From positions 18,416,001 through 18,480,000 of the forward strand of contig CM052818.1 in the NCBI GenBank assembly GCA_028534125.1: DNA of 64,000 nt, written 5' to 3'. The translations under genes and the position numbers were made by a program. The stretch is from Lama glama. Lineage: Eukaryota. Position 1 is the stretch's first letter; the number at the start of each line of letters is the position of its first letter. The notes beneath the pieces were generated by a model. It had not been told where the DNA came from and made no database searches. It worked only from the letters and a program-made list of their open reading frames with translations. Shown here piece after piece: positions 24,746 through 38,300 of this stretch.

Positions 24746-27700
24746 ACCTTATGACTATTATTTTTATTTGGATGGCTTGAGGGAAGAAATGAAAACAATT
24801 TGGGAGGAGGATACTGACTTCAAGAGGAGTCTGCCCTTATGCGCTGGAAGGAAGAAAGGAAGGGTGGATTAGGGCAAATTCCACCCCATGTACTGACAAA
24901 CTGCTATTTCTACATGTGCCTGGAAGAGTTGGGAGGATCAGAGGAAATGTGTATATTTACAAGCTAAGCAAAGAGAAAAATGTCACCATAAAACCGAGGG
25001 GGAGGGATAATATAGTAAAACAATATAGAATGTCCTATAACCACAGAAACAATAACAACGCTAAAACAGAAATAGCTTATTAAGTTAAAACAGCAGTAAA
25101 TCTGTCAGAACAGCCCATAGAAGCTCTCATCTTATGAGAGTAAAAAGCCTCTTCCAGGCTTATTGTCTTATCCTTTCATTAAACTACAGTTTTATAAGCT
25201 AAATTACTGCCAATTCTTGCTCAATTCCCAGAATAAAACCTAGTTAAACTCTTAATTCAGGAGATATATCTTTTGCAAGTGACAGATCCTTAACAGACAG
25301 TTCCTGAGGCCTGATGACTGAGGATGCAGAAAACCAAGGCACAGAAGAGCTCCCCACAGTCTGGATCTGGGACCCTGTCCAGCTGTCCAGCCTGCTCTCT
25401 TATCAGACCCTCAGGCACTTTCTCACCAAGGAAGAGTGGACAGGGAAGCTGTTGATTCCCTTCTCCAGCTAAGAGGGTTCAGATCTCAGGACAAGGTGAG
25501 GTTCAAGCCAGCCAGCTCCACTCCCTCTTTAACAAACTAGGCCTACAGTCCCTGCAAATCCCCGTGTCCGCCCAGCACCATATACGCCAAGCAGCCTGTA
25601 ACCAAGGAATTCAGTACGCTTCTGCTGGTTAAGCCTGGGTTCTGAACCACTTCCCTTATCCCACTGCTGGATTGACTTTCAATTCTCCTTGCCTCTGAAT
25701 GGGTTGCTTGCCTGTTTTGTTGTTTGTTCCCAATTTGCTTCTGACTGTCAGTTCTCAATTTGTAATCATGGTTTTCCCCCTACCATAGCCTTTTTTTTTT
25801 TTCTTTCAGTTGAGGCCTATTGAATTTGGGACCAGAGACGCTAGGAGCCCAGGGCACAGCTGGACCATCCCTTCTTCCTGTTCTCCACAGAGTGGAGTTA
25901 AAGCCCCAGTGACCCTCAAAAAGAGGACTAGACCATCCCCAGACCAAGGACCAAGTGTCTACCACATTCCCCCAGAGAGAATGATGTCTTTCCTAGGGCC
26001 TCTGGATATGCCCATGTCCCCACCAACATCCAGCCTCAGAAAACCAGCCAGATAGGAAACCCCCTTCCAGGATCCCAGGATATCCTGGGGTTCTCCTTCC
26101 AGCAAGCCTGCTTCCAGCTGCCAGCCTCTCTGGCCAATGCAACCCCAGGAGCCTCTGTTGGACGCTGCCTCCTGAGAGACTGGTCCTCCTCCTCCCAGGA
26201 TTGCCAGGTCTAATGGGCAGGAGCTGGACATCAGTACTTGCACAGCAGAGGAAGAGGGGTAGGGGGAGTGGGCAGGGATTACGACACTGGGACGGATCTC
26301 AGTGCTGTGTGCTGCCCCAGGCCTTTAGGACAAGGGAGGATCCAGTATTGGGTAAGTTAATATAAAGGAGCACATTTTGGATAAAGTCATCTAAGTACTG
26401 GTTTGGCTACAACATCCTGGATGTTTTACTGATATCTGATAGACATGCATTCTTGTGGCAGTGTCTCAGGAATGCATTCCTGTTTTCCGTGCCACCCACA
26501 TATCCAGCTTTCTAAGCTAAATTATTTCCACTACTTGAGAACTGTCAAGGATGAGCATAAGTGCCTGATAGGGTCATGTGATGTTGCACAGTGCCTTGCA
26601 CCCCATGCAGCAGCCACCACCCCTCTTCCTTGTGCCCAAACCATAGCCCCACTTCTTCCCTGGCCTCCCACCCCACCCACACACAAACCAGATGTCCTTT
26701 TCCTGGCCCAGCCCCGTCCCTGCAGGCCCAGCTCCAGCTGTTCCCTGGGTCTGAACTGACCTTGACCACAGAGCAAACTTATCTCATCCTTCACAGCTCT
26801 CATCAAATCTTACCTCCTCCTTGGAGCCTCCTCTGGCTCCTCCATGTTCAAAGTCATCTCTCTCACCCTTGATATCCCCAGGCACGTGGCTTCCAGACTC
26901 ACTGTAGCACAGATCCTTGTCTACCTGGTAGAGTGAGACAAATGATCAAAAAAGAAAGTAAATAACTGGTGTGAACATTGTTTTCCCTACATCCACCTGT
27001 GGACAAAGGAGCCAACATTGCTTTTTTTCAAGATCCAAGATGATCTTTAAACACATACATGCACAGATGAACACACAGACATACACACAGAGAATTTATA
27101 TTTCAGGCCCACTGAGGAAGACTGAGCTGGGGTTGCTGAAAACGAGGCACAGATTTAAGCGCTGAGAGGAAGAGAGAGAAGTTCTCTTCTTTCCTTTGAG
27201 ATAGGGTTTAAGGGTGAGATGCCTCACTTAGAGGCAGCACCCTGGATGGGTGGGGATAGGAGATTGGGGGCTGCTGGATGGGTGACTGTGGTCACTGGGG
27301 GAGGTACTAGAGGGCTGTTCCTGTGATTTCCCTCAGAGAATCAAGACTGAGAGGCAGCAGGACAGGATCACTCTCTACAGGGCCTTTGTGAAGCCAAAAG
27401 GACAAATATGAAGATGGACAAACCACAGCCCTGCCCGGTTTGGGGTTCCATGAAAGTCCAGGATTTGTCAACAATCTCCCAGAGTAGGAAAGGAGCCCCA
27501 GTCATGACTGAGATTTAATTTTCCACCAAACAGGTAGATGGAGACTCAGGGCTGACAAATTTTGATCTAGAAAGGTAAAGGATTATGACATGGGTTGTCT
27601 TAAAACCCATACCTGCTACCTTTGTGTTAAATGACTCGTGGGCATGATCGCCTTCCCCACGGGATTGGAAATCCCACAGAATCAGAGGCTCTTTCCTCCC

Positions 27701-28463
27701 TCATCCCAGCCTTCTGCACCCCACTCCCAGCCTTCCTGGTCTAAATTATTGAAAGCAGTCCCTGAGGTGGCAAAATAAAATTAAAGGAAATGATGCCATT
27801 TCACTGGCAGTTTGCAATCCACAACCATAAAAGTGAGTGGCTGGGTCATCTTGCCATAAATCTGCAATTCTGCTGGAGAAGCAGACAGAGGCAGCAGGGG
27901 AGCCAGGCTACTGCTTTGTTTTTGCAACGCTTTCCATTGCAATGCCCTTTATATATGCAGCCCGGGTGGAATGCATCATAAAAGGTGACATTTTATCACA
28001 GCAGTTTGTAAATTTTACAGAAGCGGGCTCCCTGTAAATCACCCAGCTTATTCCCTCACTGACTTTATTACAGCAAATCCAGTCATGGATAAACTGTATG
28101 CCAGTTTACTTGAAATTTATCTTTTTTTATTCAAGCTGAACTGAGTCCTTTTAATATTCTTCTCTCTTCTAATGATAAGGCATAATGATAACCTTATTTT
28201 CTATTCAGACAGCTTTAAGGACTCATTTCTATAGAAATGCAGTTCCTAGTCAGGGTCTCTTTTCTCCCAGAGCCATTAGAATGCGTCTGTTGTGTCAGAA
28301 ATCATGGGTCCCCTCCTGCACCATCTTTTAAGTCCATGGAACTTCATTTATTTTTATTCCTCATTGTCCCATAGCGTGTCTGCTTCCATGGGTCCAGGGC
28401 TCTTCCCTCCTACAACAGCTGCAACAAGCCCTCCCCGCTGAGTCCCACCCTCCACATCATACA

Positions 28464-28783
28464 TGTAGGGGTAACACAGCCACATGGAACTGATTGTCTT
28501 CCCACCCTCCATCCCATGTGGCTACAGAGCCAGTCCGAAGCGAGATGAGCTGTATGTGTAATCAAAGATTCAGTACCAAAAAAAAAAAATGCCTGTAAAA
28601 TAATACCTCATTAATAATTTTGATATTGCTTACATGTTGAAATAATACTACTTTGGCTGTGTTAGGTTACATACAACATATCAAAATTAATCTCTCCTGT
28701 TTCTTTTTACTTTTCTAACATGGCTACTCGAAAACTTAAAATGACATTTGTGGCTCACATCATATTGCTATGGGAGGGTGCTG
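28464..28783 (-). mobile_element. MER33-like hAT-Charlie element
   Basis: 'ctcattaataattttgatattgcttacatgttgaaataata...aaaattaatctctcctgtttctttttacttt...tggctactcgaaaacttaaaatgacatttgtggctcacat'. Confidence 0.85.
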
Positions 28784-29429
28784 TTCTGGGCACACCCTTC
28801 GTTCCTTCCAGTCAAAGTGTCTCTCTTTCGCCCTCTCCAAGAAGTTGAAACCAGGTCCCCCTAAAACTGAGGTTCCCTGCCGAGTTTAACCTCTCTACCC
28901 AAAATGTCATTGCCTTCCTTATTGCCTCTGATCTCTACCCAGTGCTAACTAAACGCAAATCAACCAGTCAGGTGACTGAAATCGCTGTTGTCGATAACAT
29001 CACTAACATACACACTCAGGTTGTTGCTGCAGGGTGAGAGAAGCTAACAGACCCCCTAGATTATGGACCACCAGACCGGAGACTTATAAACCGTAAGCAC
29101 TGTGACTCCCAAAATGCCGATTAAGAAATGTCACGGAAATGTATTCAAGGTGTCTTGTCTTCCAAGGGGCTCTCCAACTGGAGCCAAGATGACCACGCTC
29201 CCCTGACCTCCTGCTTCACAGCACACCCCAGTTAAAAGCAGTGCATGGTTACTCAAGGCCTGCGGCCTGCAGGTGCAGTTTGAACAGATTCTACGGTGTT
29301 AGTTCCACCTGTTAGTCCACAGGCCTGAAATACCTTGACTTTAGTGTGGTAGACAGACAGGATTTGGAATGAGGAGAAATGAGTGTGAATTACAGCTCTT
29401 TTGCTTATTACCAGAAAGATTTATCCTCT

Positions 29430-29803
29430 CTCTCTCTCTCTTTTTTTTTAATTGAAGTATAGTTGATTTACAATATTGTGTTAGTTGCTGGTGTACAGCA
29501 TAGTGTTTCAGTTATATATTCCATATATTCTCTTTCATATTCTTTTTCATTATAGGCTGTTACAAGAAAGTGAATGTGTTTTCCTGTGCTATACAGTAGG
29601 ACCCTGTTGTTTACCTATTTTATACATAGTAGTTTGTATCTGCTAATCCCAAACTTCTAATTTATTCCCCCCTCATTTCACCTTTGGGGCAACATGGATG
29701 GACCTAGAGATTAGCATGCTAAGTGAAGTCAGATAGACAAATATCATATGTTATCATTAACACATGGAATCTAAAAAGCAATGATACAAATTAACTTATT
29801 TAC
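29430..29803 (-). mobile_element. 5'-inverted (twin-primed) LINE-1 3' end with 14-bp TSD, inserted in a MIR
   Basis: Minus-strand 3' end 'tttttaattgaagtatagttgatttacaat...' to about 29687, then plus-strand 'gcaacatggatggacctagag...aacttatttaca'; AAGATTTA(T/C)CCTCT at 29416-29429 and 29804-29817. Confidence 0.9.
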
Positions 29804-29984
29804 AAGATTTACCCTCTTTAATCTCAATTTTCTCAGCTGTAAAATGGAAAAGAAAAAATCCTGACTCTGACGTAATATACTCGGAACTATCAGTTCTTCC
29901 TGGACTCTTTTTCTAGGTAAACAGCATTTGCAGAGATCTACATGTTTGCACACACATGCCCTGATCTCTAAAAATTACCTAGGC

Positions 29985-30135
29985 TCTTTCCTTTTAAAGT
30001 GTGATCTGTGGGCCAGAGGCATTAGTATAACTTGGGAGCTTGTTAGAAACACAAACTCTTCGGTCCTTCCCCAGACCTACTGAATAAGGTTTCTCAGGGA
30101 TTTCTCATGCATGTTAAAATTTCAGAAGGCTTTCT
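29985..30135. mobile_element. MER5A MITE
   Basis: 'aaagtgtgatctgtgggccagaggcattag...gggagcttgttagaaacacaaactct...ccccagacctactgaat'. Confidence 0.85.
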
Positions 30136-30801
30136 CTAGAAGGCTGATTGGAACAGGAAGTGAGACGTAGTCAAAGAGGCTGGGGCACATTTTAATCCGG
30201 AATTTAGGGTATCAGGATACAATCCACAACTTAGGTTTTCTCAGCAACCTGCTTTCAGTCTGAGGGGACTTTGAGGGACTGAGGTACGGGGCTAACCAGG
30301 CCACCGACAAGTGTGAGCCACTCTATTCCCAACTGCAATCTGACCTTAAAATAGGTGAGCCCTGGGGGTAATAGTCTCCTTGCAGGGAAATCAGGTCACA
30401 CTCTTCCTTCTGCGTAGAATGAGTGTCAGGTTTTAGCATTGGCTCAGATAGGAAGATGTACTTACCCTACAACTCAAAAGAACAGGGGCCTGCCTGGTGA
30501 TGTGCCCTTGATGAACTAGTTCTTGGAACACGGGAAGAAATTAATGAAGATAGAAAGGAGATTCCAAAGACCATGAAGAGAGACTATGTAGAGAAAGGAA
30601 AAGCCAGCACTGAGAAAACAGTGATGCTCAAACAGAGGAGGAGAGATGGTGGGCTGTAGAAGGTGGACAGAGAGGGAAGGGCCTTGAAAGCCCATCAGAG
30701 AAGTTGAGATTTTATTCTATAGTTCATGAAGGGCCTCAAATGTTTATGGGCTTTTGTTATTTTGATCAGCTTGTTTATGGAAAAGATGTGGTCCACATAT
30801 A

Positions 30802-31375
30802 TGTTGAAAGAGAATTCTCCCTGAGTCTGGTCTTTATGCACATCTCAAACTGTCTCTTCCAGGATGTCTGAATAGCAAACAGCCTTGGAAATTAGAGATG
30901 ATGTGTCCCTCCTGGTAAGAGGAAGGATTTGTCTCCTGACCAAAACAGTTAAGCTTAAAGACCCCTCCCCAGAGACATTCCAGGGGAGTAAAGGTAAAGA
31001 CTTCTTCCCATCCTGGAGAAGACTGGCTTACTTTCCAGAGAAAAAGAAAGGTCTGTCTCTCTGGGAAGTGAAGGATGAGCAGGTTGCCAGAGGTCCTATA
31101 TAAGATCAGAGTTTCCTTATTGTGGAATTCCTCTCCTGTAATATACCCTACCACATGCATAGTTACTAGCTGGCCCTCACTGCATCACCACGTACAGACT
31201 GAGGCTTGGAGAATTTGTGCTAAGAAGTTGCAGGTTTTTCTGTGCACAGTAAACTATCTTTGTCTCTTCTGTTTTCTGTTTGTACGCACACACACACATA
31301 CATACTATGCTGTGGTAGGATAACTTGATAGCTAGTTTATAGAATAAAATCTCAGACCCTTCACAATTTCTGACT
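30802..31375 (+). mobile_element. ERVL-class solo LTR (MER54-like)
   Basis: Begins 'tgttgaaagagaattctcc'; contains 'ggatgtctgaatagcaaacagccttggaa' and 'ttcctctcctgtaa'; ends 'aaaatctcagacccttcacaatttctgac'. Subfamily named from memory. Confidence 0.7.
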
Positions 31376-32679
31376 TAATACAGTGGGTTTAAAATAATTA
31401 AGTGAAAAACAATGCCACTGACCCAGGGTAGACAAAATATATGATATCACTGTTCATCAAAACCCAATGACAAAAATTTTTTTTATATAATTTGATGCAC
31501 TTTTACAGACAGTGATTAAACTTTCTGGCCATTTGTTCATCAACAAAATTTAGGGTTAGAAAACTCCTTTTTGCCACAGTGCAAGTCTGAGCAGTTCAGT
31601 CCTATTCAAAGATACAAAACCCAACAGACTTTCCCAATACTAGGGAAGTGGCAAGAATTGTTTAAAGTGTGAACTAGACGTTTTAGCATGATGTTAAGAA
31701 TGGGAATTAGGGTAAGTAGAGCTCCAGAGATGTGGTCTATTTAGAAATCCAGTTTGAACTTGAATAACTCTATGTAAAGACACTGAAATTCTCTTAAATT
31801 GATATTAAAGTCAATTGTTCAATTAAAAAAATTCTAAGGCATTTTATTATGGGATGCAAACTTCAGAGAGACAAGAAATTAAAAACTAAAATGTTGAAAG
31901 AAGAGAGGCTGAATAGAAACTGGAAATACCCCAATTTTTTCCAATTTCATAGTAAGGAGAGAGAAGGTAATAAGGCAGTCACACTGTATCATGATTGTAG
32001 TTTTGCCAATAGGTTATATTTAAGTTAACTTCTCTGTAAATTATACATCCATTCCACAGAAGGGGTTCAGTGATCCAAAATGAATCATTTTATCAAATCC
32101 AAAGGGAAACATGCTCTTTCTACCAATTATAAGAGAAAGTCCTGAAGCAGATCGACAAACCAACCATCTCAGCTAAGAGTAAGCAAATGGTAACCACTGA
32201 AAGCTGGAGACATAAAAAAGCATATTTCAGTTTGTGTGGCAAGAACATAACTATAGAGCACACAATTCGGGATCTACTGCTAACCTGCTCCACCCAAAGC
32301 CACAAAACTACCTCTTTTAGAGAATAAAAAACTACTTGACACCCAACGTCTCCTCCACAGTCCTAACAACCTCTCCCTCCTCTGTTCTCATCGTGGGTCC
32401 GCAGACTACCACCCTCACACACTGCACAAGGCAGGGCCAATTCACCCTGTGCTTTCCCTCTTCATCCCAAGTTTTCCTAATTCCCCTGACAAAACTTTAT
32501 CCAGAAGGCAATTCCTGCCTTGTCCTATCTTTCAGAAAAGGAGCTACTGAGAAGCATTAACACCCAGATCTCTTCCAGGGGAAACGTCAACATGAGAAGG
32601 GTTTGCCTTGCTCATAGGATGGATCCATGAGGGTGGGTGGTACCCAAATTCCATTTGGTCCCCAGGGACAACACTAGCT

Positions 32680-32820
32680 ATGTGGAATAAGAGTGATTGG
32701 AAAGGGCACTTGATTGGAAATCAAACGAATCACATTTTTAAAATGGTTCTGTTACTAGCCAACTTTGAACTTTAGGCAAACTCCTTGACCTCAGTTTCAT
32801 CTGCAAAATGAGGGTGTTTC
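32680..32820 (+). mobile_element. MIR fragment
   Basis: 'actttaggcaaactccttgacctcagtttcatctgcaaaatgaggg'. Confidence 0.7.
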
Positions 32821-34657
32821 ACCAGAGAACACTGCCAGGTTAAAAAAAGCTACACCTGTATAAGTAAGAGTGAGTAGTGACCTACATGAAGAAAATGGAA
32901 GGGCACCCCCAAAATGTCCCATACCCCCAAATAATAAGAGAAAATAAAGTCTACCACCACAAAGATATGCTTTATAACTGTCTTTGCTCTTTTCCATACT
33001 CTTTATCTATTTGGCCCTCACAATTAGATAAACAAAAAGAACCACTTTTTAGGTGCATATCCCATGTGAGGAAATAGAAAAATCACAAGACTAGTCAATG
33101 ATAGAACTAGCACTAAAATTAAGTCTATGCTAACTCCCAGCCTAGGGCATTTCATCTACCTCTTCGGGGTTCTAAGGAAGGCAAGCATTAGAGACCATAT
33201 CATTTTGCTTCAATAGACCTCAAATGTGAGTCACTACTTATGGTTTTCTGCTCCATCAATATGGAAACTGCATGCAGCCCTCAGCCCATTGGCACAGCAA
33301 CAAGACACACTGTTCTCTAGAATGGAAAAGGAGCAGAAGATTTCCTTTGAAGCTTGCTAGGTGCTCTCCGGAAGACCATTCTTGAAAATTCATTTGAAAA
33401 GCTAGGAATCTCACAAATCTGGTGCATTTCCATCATCGTGGAACCCCTATAACGAATTTGCCAAATGACAAAAATATTGTGCAGCCAAAACTTTGGATGC
33501 AAATAAAATGCACATAAAATACCTGGAAAATTAGTCAAACTCTACTTCCAACAGCTAATGATGTGACTTCAGTGTTATTTACATCATGCTAGTCTGGACT
33601 TCCTTTCCTAGAATTCACATAGCTGTTTCCAAGCTTGCCAGCTTCTAGTTTATATGCTCTAAATTGAAACTAGCATTTCTCTCCTTTCATTTCTCAAATT
33701 CCCTACTTGATTTTTGAGTCAAAAGCTACTTTTTTTTCCAAAAAAAAGTAAGAAGGAGGTTTATTTTCATTCTGTGACCCAAAAAAAAGTTTGATTGAAA
33801 ATAAAATACAAAGTTATTACTATCCAATAGGAAAAAAAAAAGGTGTTGTTAATAATTTACAGGAATGAAAAACATCCATTCAACTATGGGGTAAAGTGAA
33901 TGTCTTAAATGATCTGTGTGTAGATTTGGGACAACTTTTTGACAAAGTAGAAAAAAAGGCTGTAAAGCAGCACTGCATTTTCAAGTCTCTAATTACAAGA
34001 TGTAGTTACTTAATTGCACATTGTTAGCACCTGATTACAGAGATCTGCACTAATTTTGTAATCGTGCTTAATTACACTAATTAGGCCAATAATCAACCCA
34101 CAAAAAAATACAAGGAATTCTGCATGAAGAAAATCCTTAGTAGAGTGGATTATACGTAGCAAGAAATAGCCACTAAAAGTAAAGCTATTTCTCACATATG
34201 TCCTACCTACAACCTCCCAGTCTATAAATATTGCCCCAAAGTGTGGCCCTGCACAGATCACTCCGAGTGTAGACTTAGTCATTGGTTGAGAGAAACAGTG
34301 ACTTAAAGCAAGGGAAGGAAACTCTGAGATATACTTCTACTATTCTATCTTTACAATAGGGGAAACTGAGTCCCTGCAGAGCTGCCCAACTCGTCCAAAG
34401 CCTTCAGCATCTTTCTCATGAGCCAGGACTTTGTTACACAGATACCACTAGCTACAAACTAGCAAGCCTACAAACCTACTGGGAGAAGACTGGAGTTCTG
34501 AAGAAGGGCAGGGAGAGCTGGAAGCTGGGATGGCCAGCTGGGGGTAGGGGGTGGTTCTAGGGAAAGATGAATTAGAGCAAAGAAATGGAGGAGCAAGAAA
34601 TAACAAGCCATACCTGGGAGAGAAAACCGTATGTAGGATGATAATGATACTTTCATG

Positions 34658-34817
34658 TTTCTTTCTTTCTTTCTTTCTTTCTTTTTTTTTTTTTTTGGTG
34701 GGGGGAAGGTAATTAGGTTTATTTACTTATTTATTCTTAGAAGAGGTACTGGGGATTGAACCCAGAACCTCATACATGCTAAGCATGCACTCTACCACTT
34801 GAGCTATACCCTCCCCC
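34658..34817 (-). mobile_element. tRNA-Ala-derived camelid SINE (vic-1-like) with (TTTC)n/poly-T tail
   Basis: Reverse complement of the 9804 SINE ('gaggtactggggattgaacccag...gcactctaccacttgagctataccctcccc'); AGGATGATAAT at 34635-34645 and 34821-34831 is a probable TSD. Confidence 0.93.
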
Positions 34818-35384
34818 TCAAGGATGATAATATTAACCTCAGTAACTCCCAGTGTTCGTAGAGCAGTTTAGTGTGTGAGATAGTTTACTACACAGTCAAC
34901 CATTTCACAAACTATGGGGAGAGGATATAGTGGACATTGCCTGTTTGTTTAGTTTTGTATCTGATCACCCAGTATTGAAAAACCTTCCTGCTGAGGTGAA
35001 CTCTTTCCTCTGGGACTTTTGGGAGACACTGTAGAGGCTGAAAGAGCAAACATGTTTTTCTTCCTGCCTTCACCAGCTTGGGCCTAACATAGGGTCCAGA
35101 TGTGGCCATCTAGACACTCCTTCCTGGGTCTTTGAACCTGTAAGAAATGACTCACAGACACAAGAGATAGTAACGGTCATTCAGGGGCAGCAATGAGGGA
35201 AGAATATCAAGAGGAGGCAGTTCCAACAAGGATGTCTTCACCCGAGTGCTCCTAGCTATGACCTTCCTAGCACCTCCTGGTTTCTGCCACTTTTCCCATT
35301 GATTCTGGGAGCTACCCACATCCTTTGATCCAGCGTTTTCCTGCATCCATCAGCCAGTCTGTGTCTGTTGTTTCCAGACCTCTA

Positions 35385-35515
35385 ACAGGTACAGGCAGGT
35401 TTTCAAACCCAATTTTACAGATGAGAAAAAACAGGCCCAGAAAGACTGGCATTTTCCCAAGGCTCCACAACCAGCATGAGGCTAAGGCTGGGACTAACAC
35501 TAATGCTTTTTCCAT
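35385..35515 (-). mobile_element. MIR fragment
   Basis: 'cccaattttacagatgagaaaaacaggcccaga...cccaaggctccacaacc'. Confidence 0.8.
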
Positions 35516-36379
35516 GACACTCGATCTTCAGAATTACCATTCAGTTAAGTAATGTCTTCTGAATAGTCTGGGCAATGGTTGCTTCTCTGATTTTTCTTCT
35601 GAAAATGAACATCTTTTTGATTGTGGGTTCTGCTATCAGATTTAAACAACTAGTATCCAACTCTATTACAAATGGATATTGTCAGGAATATATGTAATCT
35701 AACTTCTTTGCTAATTTGCAGCCTGTTTTCTCTCAGGTATTTATCCAGCCTCTTGGGAGGGCTTCTCCAGGAAGAATGAGATTTTGAGGAGCCTTTGCAG
35801 TAATTACATTGCATTGTGCATATTCATGGCCTGACTTCCTTCTCTGGAGAGGCCAATCAGAAAAGCTGATGGAAATCTCTCCTCTGATCAGCCAGAGAAA
35901 TTCACTGCCTGGGACTGCTGGCCTTTGTCATGTCTTGGGTTTGGCATTGAAAACTGGCCCTTCTAAGAAATAGGACCCCCTGTCCCCATCCCTGGCCAAG
36001 AGGAAACTGCAGATCACTTTGTAGCCTTTGGCTGAGGAGGTACAGGGGATAACCACAGTGGCCACCTTCCAGGTATTGAAGGGCAGAAAGGGGTCCTTTG
36101 AATCACAGAATCTCAAGGATAGGAAGGACTTCAACAATCACCTTGCGAATCACAACCAACCTACCCTGTCTTGACTCCACCCCTGCTAAGATTTCCCAGC
36201 TAGGTGTGAGTGGCACTGTCCCACACTTGCAAAGCTCTGTCCATCAGAAAGTTCTTGCTTATTTTGATTCCAAGTCTGTCTCCCCATAGTTTCCACACAT
36301 TGGGGCCAAAACAATCCAATTATGTTTTTCACATGAAAATTAAGTGTCACTCCATATACCATGCCCCTCTGTATATTAG

Positions 36380-36630
36380 TGGAATCTTTTCCCCTACCTC
36401 TACCTAAAGACTTGTAGTTTATTCTTAAAACCCAGCTTAAGCCCCTCCAGGAATCCAGTGACCTGTCACTACCAGGATCATCACCAGGTTGTGCCCCCCA
36501 TTTTGTGTTCATATAGTCATCACGGTGCATACCGGGCTGCAGTCCCCACTAGATAGGAGCTCCTCCTTGAGGGCAGGATCTGCTTCTATAGGTATTCCCT
36601 AGCATATAGCCTTATGAATAAATAAATAAC
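36380..36630 (+). mobile_element. L2 3' fragment
   Basis: 'attcttaaaacccagctt...tccccactagataggagctcc...gagggcagga...ttccctagcatatagc'. Confidence 0.7.
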
Positions 36631-38019
36631 TTTTTAAAAAATGAGTAACGAGGGTCACCTTTGAGACTTCTTCAGGCTGCAAATACCACAGTCATCTTTG
36701 CCATGTATGACGCTGAATCTTCTCCCTACCCCAGGCATCGTCTACAGAGAGCCATGTGGGCGTCCTGGACCCCCAGCCACTGGGAGTTTAATCAGCCAGG
36801 GGCCTCAGCTGCTGCCTCAGAAGCCACTGCCACATTTGCACTAAGACCACACTCCCCACAGGCCGCCCCCAGCTGACAATCAAGTGTACTAGGAACATTA
36901 AATCCTGGAAACACACAGCATTCTCAGACAGCTGACTTTGGCTGGAGGAATCCCCAAGGCCCTACCCACCCCTTCCTCAGCCTGCTTGACAGTCTAGGAT
37001 GCTTCCACCCACCCTTTCTTCCCTCTCTATTACAACTAGGGTAAGACTTATACTGTGGTCTGATGGCTCTCCCAGCTTTCCCTAGCTCTCTCCCCATTAT
37101 TCCCTCCAGGAATTTCCCGGAATAAAATCACTACGTGTGTAACCTTATCTTGGCATCTAGTTCTCAGAAGTCCCAGACTAATACGTCCCTCCAATTCTGC
37201 ATGTACGCTCCTCTTCAAGAAAGTTACTTTCATCTATACATTACCACTCTGCAGTCAGGACAGCACCACACAATCATCTCCTTCATTCTAGGAATGATGC
37301 TTTCATTAATACAACCTAAATGGCACTCGCTTTCTTAGCAAGCACTTCACACTGTTGACTCATATTGAGTACAGCATCCAGCAAGCCTCCTTTTGAATAA
37401 AACTAACTAGACCTAAGCCCAAATGCCCTTTCTCACTTTTATCTCCATCCCGCCCCTATTTGCAGTTAAGAGCCACCACAAATTTTACTTCCTGTGAGAA
37501 GCTTTCCTGACATAACAGCTCCCTCCCTCCCTCTCTCCCTTCCTTCCTCAACATTCAGCATGTACCACTGTTATGTAATATTGAACAAATTTTTCTTGAA
37601 ACTTCTGTCTCCTCAGAACAAAGTGCAAAGATTAAATCTCAGTCTTCCCGTAAATCCTATGCCTAGATGGTAGAGGATGCTTGTCTATTTGATCAATAAA
37701 CAAATGTCTTTTCTCTCTGGGTACTTTTAAAACTCTTTGGGAACATAAATCAGGTCTTCATCTCTTAAATCCCCCAGAGTGCCTGGCTCAAGTGTGAGTA
37801 CATGCAGATATTCAATACGTTTATATTGCAATGACTTGAGCTCCTGAAAGGCTTTTATGGCATCTCAGTCCCATGTCAAACCCCAGTTCAGAAAGGATGC
37901 TCAGGACAAAGGAGCCAGGAGGAGAAAGAGACTAAACATGGCGAGCTTTCCCTGGGGGTAGGAGGATCTTGTCCCTGGGCTGCCATTCTTGACCCCCTTC
38001 CATCTGGGCTCCAAGGAAT

Positions 38020-38300
38020 GGCCACAATAATCTTTCAGGAGCCAATCAGATGGTGTTGCTCCTTTGTGCAATCCCTTAGATAACTTCCCCTTGCACTGAA
38101 GACAAAAATCCAAACTCCGTTCCAGGGCCACAAGGCCTGCACGCTCTGCCTCTGACCACCTTCCGAACCTTGTCTCAAATAGCACTGTCCTCCTTCTGCA
38201 CCACTGTCCAGGGCTCTGACCTCCTTTCAGCTCCCCAGCCCCTACCTGCTGTCTGCCCCCAGTGCCCTCGCACACTGTTCTTCCACCTCAAACCCTTCCT
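38020..38300 (+). mobile_element. L2 fragment
   Basis: 'cacaataatctttc...atcagatggtgttgctcctttgtgcaatccctt...aaatccaaactcc...cacaaggcctgcac'. Confidence 0.75.
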
